Source: Octopus vulgaris (taxonomy: Eukaryota). From it: a stretch of 64,000 nucleotides of DNA. Numbering within the stretch: the first letter of the stretch is position 1; every line of letters begins with the position of its first letter. The notes under the pieces are model-generated. The model was given only the letters and a program-made list of their open reading frames with translations. It was not told where the DNA came from and ran no database searches. The translations under genes and the position numbers were made by a program. Positions 57,034-64,000 of this stretch are shown here, one piece after another. Where the stretch lies: NCBI GenBank assembly GCA_951406725.2, contig OX597831.1, positions 45,570,001 to 45,634,000 of the forward strand, in the 5' to 3' direction.

Positions 57034-57569
57034 ATGTGCGTGTATAATATAAATAATATATAAACATATATGCATACATATATGGAGGCGCAATGGCCTA
57101 ATGGTTAGGGCAGCGGACTCGCGGTCGCGGGATCGCGGTTTCGATTCTCAGACCGAGCGTTGTGTGTGTTTATTGAGCGAAAACACCTAAAAGCTCCACG
57201 AAGCTCCGGCAGGGGGTGGTGATCCCTGCTGTACTCTTTCACCACTCTTTCTCCCACTCTTTCTTCTGTTGGCCTGCTCACTTAGCCAGCGGGGTGGCGT
57301 CATTTGAAGGCTAAAACAATGCGAACGCATTGTGACCAGCGATGTGTAACAACATCTGATGGTCCTGTCGGTCACATGATCACGTGATATGCATACATAC
57401 ACATATGTACATACATATATATGTATATACACATGTATATATGGGCACAGGACACCACAGAACGTAAACAACGTGAAATACGAAAACCTGGAACACGAAC
57501 TTTTTTCGAACAACGAAAGAAACATGTCAACCAACATAAAAAAATGACCCTTCATCAGTTATCCGCTGT

Positions 57570-57669
<100 letters not shown>

Positions 57670-57782
57670 TACACATATATATATATATATATCTCGTCGT
57701 GTTTTTAGAAAAATATAAATCCGGAGAAGCACATTCTAAGAAGTAGAGGAGTCTATATTTATTACTGTTGAAGGCCAGTTTA

Positions 57783-57842
57783 TAGGGTTACTATGAGTTT
57801 CTCGCCATTGAGAGTACCTTTAAGGCGTATCTTCAGACCCTA
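57783..57842 (-). ncRNA. Type I hammerhead ribozyme candidate
   Basis: TAGGGT CTGAAGA TA CGCC...GGCG A GAAA CT-CAT-AG TA ACCCTA: 6-bp stem I, intact core, stems II and III, GUA cleavage triplet. Confidence 0.75.
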
Positions 57843-58626
57843 AGTCTGTTGTCCTATAGCCTCGTTAAAATATGGAGTGAGGAAACTATAGATATAAACA
57901 ATGGGGATTATCTCCCTTCGCTGCTGGTCATCAGCCTCCGACTGTGTCGCCCTCCTTCAGCTACGCCACCTGTTGGCTATGAAGGTAAAAGGTAGGGGGG
58001 TTATCTTCCACTCACATCAGCAATCAATTTCCAGTTGTAGTGTAATTATCGCTAATACTATTATCACTATTACGCGATGGTAGCCCTATAAACCGGCCTC
58101 CAGAAGTTATATATATACACCACACCACACTACACAATAGCACACGACACATCACATCACAACACACCACCACCCACACACCAGCACTAACCAGTTCCTA
58201 TCCCCACATTTTCACACCTACACATACATACACGCACACGTCAAAATCCGCAGCCCTCTTTTACACGCACATACGTACACTCTTACACACACGCACACCG
58301 TCGTTTTGGGATCACAACTACTTTGTTATCTCCCCTACTTCTTCGCTCTCCTGTGTGACCCTTCTGTCCGGCATTCGCCATGATAGATCGGTAGCCACTA
58401 CACACATTTTTTTTTCTCTCCTTGTTTCTTTCTGTGTTCCTTTCTGTGGAAGAGCGTAGGCACGAAACGTTAAAGACTTTTTCAATTCCCGAGCGTTATA
58501 CTAATACATATGTTTCTTTTCTACACCACCTGTCTTCGTTTTTTTTTGTGAATTCTCTCCCTATATTTATATGTGTGTGTGTGTGTGTATAAATATATAT
58601 ATATATAAAAATTAAATATATATGTA

Positions 58627-58668
<42 letters not shown>

Positions 58669-58673
<5 letters not shown>

Positions 58674-58796
58674 ATATAGAAGGAGCTTCTACAGGACTAG
58701 AACTGTTTCATTCAAGAGAAATCTTCAGGAAGCTTCCTGAAGATTTCTCTTGAATGAAACAGTTCTAGTCCTGTAGAAGCTCCTTCTATATAATAA
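58669..58796. repeat. Perfect 128-bp spacerless palindrome
   Basis: Centred on AAG|CTT (58732/58733). All 64 pairs match. Confidence 0.95.
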
Positions 58797-58861
58797 ATTA
58801 ATTTTACTCTGCTATGTATTGAGTACCTTATTTACTGTGGTTAACCCCGAATCAACCCGGG

Positions 58862-58943
<82 letters not shown>

Positions 58944-60090
58944 ACAATCTTACTTAGAAATGGATGCGTGCGTTCCGTCATATAATAAATTAATAAATAA
59001 AACATATGCATATATACATACATACATATATGTACGTACCTACCTCTACATGTATATATACACGCATATATGGGTACAGGACACCAAAAAAAAAACGTCG
59101 AACACAATGAAAAACGAAAACATAAACACAAAACCAAGAAACTGAACATTTTTCTTAAACAACAAAAAAATAGAGTACAAGACAAATAACACAAGGAAAA
59201 TTCCCCTTCTTCAGTCGCCATGGTTTCATCTACTCTGCGTTTCGAAGGTGAAGGCGATACGCATCTTCGATAGAAACTTTCCTTCCCGCGAAAAGCAAAT
59301 TAAATAAAATTTGAGATCTTTTTGCGGAGGGGTAAAAATGGTAACAAAAACAGGACAGTAACGACAATACAAAATATAAACAGTAAAAGACAGGACAAGG
59401 AGAATAACAAGACAAGAAGGGCTGTTAAGCCGAACGAGAAAAAGTATTACGAACGCTATTTTTGAGAACGGCGAAGGAGCAATAGAAAATGCCGTCCACA
59501 CTTTAAGGAAGTCAGGCCAGAAAGACAGTAGCAGAGCTCTCGTCGCGGGTCAACGACGGGAGGGAGGAGGAGGAGCAGGAGAAAGGGAGAGAAAATAAGA
59601 GAATGGTTGGTGAGGAAACCAGAAAGAATGAAGAATGAGAGAGAGGGGGAGACAGTAAGGTAGAAGAAAAAGAAACCAGAAAGAATGAAAGGGAGGGGAC
59701 AGAAAGGTCAAGAGTGCGCATCATTATTAATATCAAGAACAATCTTACTTAGAAATGGATGCGTGCGTTCCGTCATATAATAAATTAATAAATAAAACAT
59801 ATGCATATATACATACATATATGTACGTACCTACCTCTACGTGTATATATACACGCATATATGAGTACAGGACACCAAAAAAAACCGTCGAACACAATGA
59901 GAAACGAAAACATAAACACAAAACCAAGGAACTGGACATTTTTCTTAAACAACAAAAAAATAGAGTACAGGACAAATAACACCTCTCCCTTTCTCTTGCT
60001 CCTCCTCCTCCCTCCCGTCGTTGACCCGCGACGAGAGCTCTGCTACTGTCTTTCTGGCCTGACTTCCTTGAAGTGTGGACGGCATTTTCT
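58944..60090. mobile_element. Direct-plus-inverted repeat structure, probably Penelope pseudo-LTR derived
   Basis: 58944-59192 is repeated at 59739-59982. 59983-60090 is the reverse complement of 59484-59591. Confidence 0.7.
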
Positions 60091-60102
60091 GTTATCTTTC
60101 GC

Positions 60103-60447
60103 CTTTTATTCATTTCCAGTCATTGGACTGCGGCCATTCTGGGGCAGTCCCTTGAAGGATGTAGTCAAACATTAATCGACACCAGTTTTTAAGCTTAGGA
60201 TTTATTTTGTAGGTCGCTTTTGCCAAACTGCATAGTTATGGGGACGTAAATAAACCACCGGTGGTCGAGTGGTGGGGCCGGACAAATACACTCGCAAAGA
60301 CACAAACTGGGAGTGAACCCGGAAACATGTGGTTGAGAAGAAAATTCTTACTATACGGCCACACTCATGCATGTGTGCGTGTATATGTGTGTATGTGTGT
60401 GTGTGTGTACAAACATACATACATACATACATACATACATACATACA

Positions 60448-60481
<34 letters not shown>

Positions 60482-60874
60482 CAAACATACGTTGGAGTGG
60501 CTGTGTGGTAAGTAGCTCGCTCACCAACCACGTAGTTCCGGGTTCAGTCCCACTGCGTAGCACCTTGGGCAAGTGCCGTCTACTATAGCCTTGTGCCGAC
60601 AGAAGCCTTGTGAGTATATTTGGTAGACGGAAACTGGAAGAAGCCCGTCGTATATATGTATATATATGTATATGCGTGTGTGTGTGTGTATGTTTGTGTG
60701 TCTGTGTTTGTCCCCACAACATCACTTGACAACCGATGCTGGTGTGTTTACGTCCCCGATGGAATAAGCACTAGGCTTACAAAGAACAAGCCCTGGGATC
60801 GACTTGCTCAACTAAAGGTGGTGCTCCTGCATGGCCACAGTCAAATGACTGAAACAAGAAAAAGAGTAAAAGAG
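60103..60874. mobile_element. Head-to-head pair of family A SINEs (60103-60365 -, 60493-60874 +) around (CATA)n
   Basis: Consensus matches on opposite strands. Confidence 0.85.
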
Positions 60875-61939
60875 TATACATACATACAAACATACATACG
60901 TGCATACATACAGATTTACATATATGCATACGTACGTACGTACGTACTTACATATAAATATAGCTATATATATACACGCACTCAAGCATACGCACACACA
61001 CACACCACACGTGTGAGTCTGTATGTGTGTCTGTGTGTGTATGTGTGTGTGTGTGTGTGTGTGTGTCTGTCTGTCTGTGCAGTTTGATGGTGAATACATG
61101 TTTATCTAAGAGAATGTGTCTGTATATGTAAACATTATTGCCCACATTTCAAAGTTCACTTTCCAAAAATTAACAGCTGGAAGAAATTGAAAAACGGTTT
61201 GTGTTGAAATGATTTCACTTTTAACTCTACTAACAACAATTTCGCGCACGCACACATACATACACTCACAAATATTTACTCACATATACACACACTTTCA
61301 CACACATACATGCTTATGTTGCTCGTTTTACTTCTTGGTTTTGTGACATAGTATAAATGTTATATAGAGATAGATAAATGCAAATATATACGTGCTACAG
61401 TACATACATACATACATACATACATACATACATACATACATACATACATACATACATACATACATACATACATACATACATACATACATACATACATACA
61501 TACATACATGCATGTATACATACATACATACATGCATGTATACATACATACATACATGCATGTATACATACATACATACATACATACATACATACATACA
61601 CATGAGACGTTTGGCTAAACGAATCTGGTGATAAAGTAGAATTGACAAATCTTCGTCCTATCACGTATTAGATGTCGTTACTCGAACGAAGATTTTCAAT
61701 CAATCACTGCCTTGATTGTAATTATTAGGAAACTCTTAAATATATATCTAGTTAGATAGATAGATAGATAGATTGAGATAGTGAAGGAGTAATTCAGTAA
61801 AAGCGGGAGAAAGTTCTTATCAATTAACCTTATACTCACTCATTAACGACTATGTTCTCTCTTACATTGTGTGTTTTACCTAATTACATCATTTCTCCCA
61901 TCAACGTCGGTCCATCTATCCAGCTACCTACCGACTTGC

Positions 61940-61989
<50 letters not shown>

Positions 61990-62014
61990 GTCTGTCTGTC
62001 TGTCTATCAATATT

Positions 62015-62103
<89 letters not shown>

Positions 62104-62132
62104 ATCTTTCTATCTATCTATCTTTCTTTCTT

Positions 62133-62362
62133 ATTTCTTTATAACCCACAAGGGGCTAAACATAGAGGGGAGAAACAAGGACAGACAAACGGATTAAGTC
62201 GATTACATCGACCTCAGTGCGTAACTGCTACTTAATTTATCGACCCCGAAAGGATGAAAGGCAAAGTCGACCTCGGCGGAATTTGAACTCGGAACATAAC
62301 GGCAGTCGAAATATCGCTAAGCATTTCTCCCGGCGCGCTAACGCTTCTGCCAGCTCGCCGCC
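62133..62362 (-). mobile_element. SINE family B monomer in (CTAT)n
   Basis: Reverse complement of the 35643 copy. Confidence 0.9.
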
Positions 62363-62364
62363 TT

Positions 62365-62463
<99 letters not shown>

Positions 62464-62539
62464 ATGATTCTATGAACCGTAAAAATTAATACAGAGTTGC
62501 TTATTTGCAAAAAAAAAAAAATATATAACATGTGACTTC

Positions 62540-62838
62540 ATTGACCGAGGTTACCGTGGTCTTTTCCGTAGGCTTTTCTTTCCACGGGTAAACCTCACCT
62601 GTCCTCCTCTTTACACTTCATATTGACATTTCTGTGATAACGATCCCTATTGATCAATTTTTTTTCCTTTCCCCTTTTTTTTTAATTTTATCCCCCCCTT
62701 TTTTGTCCTCTTTCTTTCCTTTTACGATCCCTTTTGATCGAAAACCAAACCGCCTTTTTTTTTTTACCCCCAAAAGAAAAGCTCTACCTTGTAATTTGTC
62801 CTGTCTGTGTGCAGCCCTGTGTTGCTAATAAAGAAACA
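62540..62838 (+). mobile_element. Tx1-type 3' UTR fragment
   Basis: Ends CTGTGTGCAGCCCTGTGTTGCTAATAAAGAAA, similar to the 3' end at 18660-18688. Confidence 0.6.
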
Positions 62839-62860
62839 TATCTATCTATCTATCTATCTA

Positions 62861-64000
62861 TCTAACAAATGGTGGTTTGCCCTCAAGAGAGCAGTAAAAG
62901 CAGAAGCGATTAGGTACAGCAAAGCACTAGCCATAGATAGAAATAGAGTAGAGGGTGAGCTAGTTAAGAAGCTAGAAGAGGCAATTAGAAGCGGCATCGC
63001 ATCCGACGTTTTGGCGGCGAGGTTGGCCCTCGACCAACACTTCAACGCCAAACACGAAGGATGTGCTGTCAGAGCTAGGATGCGTGCTCTAAGGAACGAA
63101 GGTGTTGGAGCCGCGAGAGAGGCCCGGGTGGCAGAGGCGCAACAGGGCAACAAAGCCACCATTCGGTCACTGGTAGATGAACAGGGGCGCGAATTGCTCG
63201 AGCCAAGTAAAATGTGTGAAGCCTTTCAGCAGCATTTTGCCCGACTGTTCGGAACGAGTGGAGGGCAAGAACGTAGGGTGGACTTCAGTGCCTACCTACA
63301 TAGCCTACCACGACTCTCGACAAGAAAGGCAGGGTGCTGCGAAGGTGCCATCACGGCGGCGGAAGTGCGGGAAGCGATGGCAGAATGCTCGAGGGACAAA
63401 TCACCGGGTTTGGATGGTCTACCCTACGAGCTTTACAATTGTATGCCAGACTTGTTTGGAGATCTCTTGGCGGCGGTGTACTGCAACTGGCAGCAAAACG
63501 GGAGCATTCCTGGTTTTGTGAGCCGAGGAGCCGTAACACTGCTGAAGAAAGATCTAAACAAGGGAAATGTAATAGATAACTTTAGGCCCATCACTCTGCT
63601 TAATGCAGACTTGAAAATTTTGGCCAAGGTGCTAGCCAAGAGGTTGGCGCTTGTCATCGAGAAACTGGTCGACAAGGCGCAAACATGCGCCGTGCCAGGC
63701 CGGACCATCCATGACAACCTCCATCTGATGCGCTACATCATAGACAGGGTAGTTAACGAACCTGGCATGGGTGGGGCCCTGATCAACTTGGATCAATCGA
63801 AAGCCTTTGATAGGGTAGACCATCGATACTTGGGGGCAGTCCTGAGAGCGGCTGGTTTCGGTCCCGTTTTCCGCGGATGGATAGCTGCTTTGTACAGAGG
63901 CATCCGTTCGGTAATTCGCGTAAATGGACATCTATCGAGACCTTTCAACATTGCACGTTCGGTCCGTCAGGGATGCCCCCTCTCGGCGCTTCTATACGTA
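62861..64000 (+). CDS. Young 5'-truncated Tx1/L1-clade ORF2 (linker + reverse transcriptase), open to the window edge
   Basis: 380 uninterrupted codons by manual translation: NKWWFALK...KSPGLDGLPYELY...FRPITLLNADLKILAK...LDQSKAFDRVDH...SVRQGCPLSALLYV. Confidence 0.93.

Noticed and set aside
59200-59280. Hammerhead from GAAAC...CTGAAGAAGG (minus strand), and similar partial motifs at about 28120-28145 and 38325-38380
   Set aside because: The boxes are present but I could not form consistent stems I-III.

Overview
AT-rich, extremely repeat-dense eukaryotic DNA with no recognisable host protein-coding exon. The SINE families and the density of (TG)/(TA)/(CATA)/(CTAT)/(AAT)/(GAAA) microsatellites point to a coleoid cephalopod, most likely Octopus (inference from repeat recognition). 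It looks like intronic or intergenic sequence. Most ORFs in the track are microsatellite artefacts. Real coding signal comes from transposons: a mariner DD34D transposase with an open frame (45539-46555, -), a young Tx1/L1-clade ORF2 open to the window edge (62861-64000, +, absent from the ORF track), decayed Tx1 copies (11.4-18.7 kb), Penelope GIY-YIG remnants, R4/Dong-like ends in (AAT)n arrays, and CR1, RTE and CRE-like fragments. There are also hAT and Tigger MITEs, a probable non-autonomous Helitron and about four tRNA-derived SINE families (called A-D here). Best leads: (1) family B SINE trimers at three loci share one junction that lies in the anticodon-like loop and is complementary to the SINE's own tail; (2) several hammerhead-ribozyme-like motifs, including core variants (U3:A8, U6), sit in or next to long palindromes; (3) retroelements are nested in microsatellites they appear to target; (4) there are many closely spaced inverted SINE pairs. 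Coordinates were read by eye and decayed-element boundaries are approximate.
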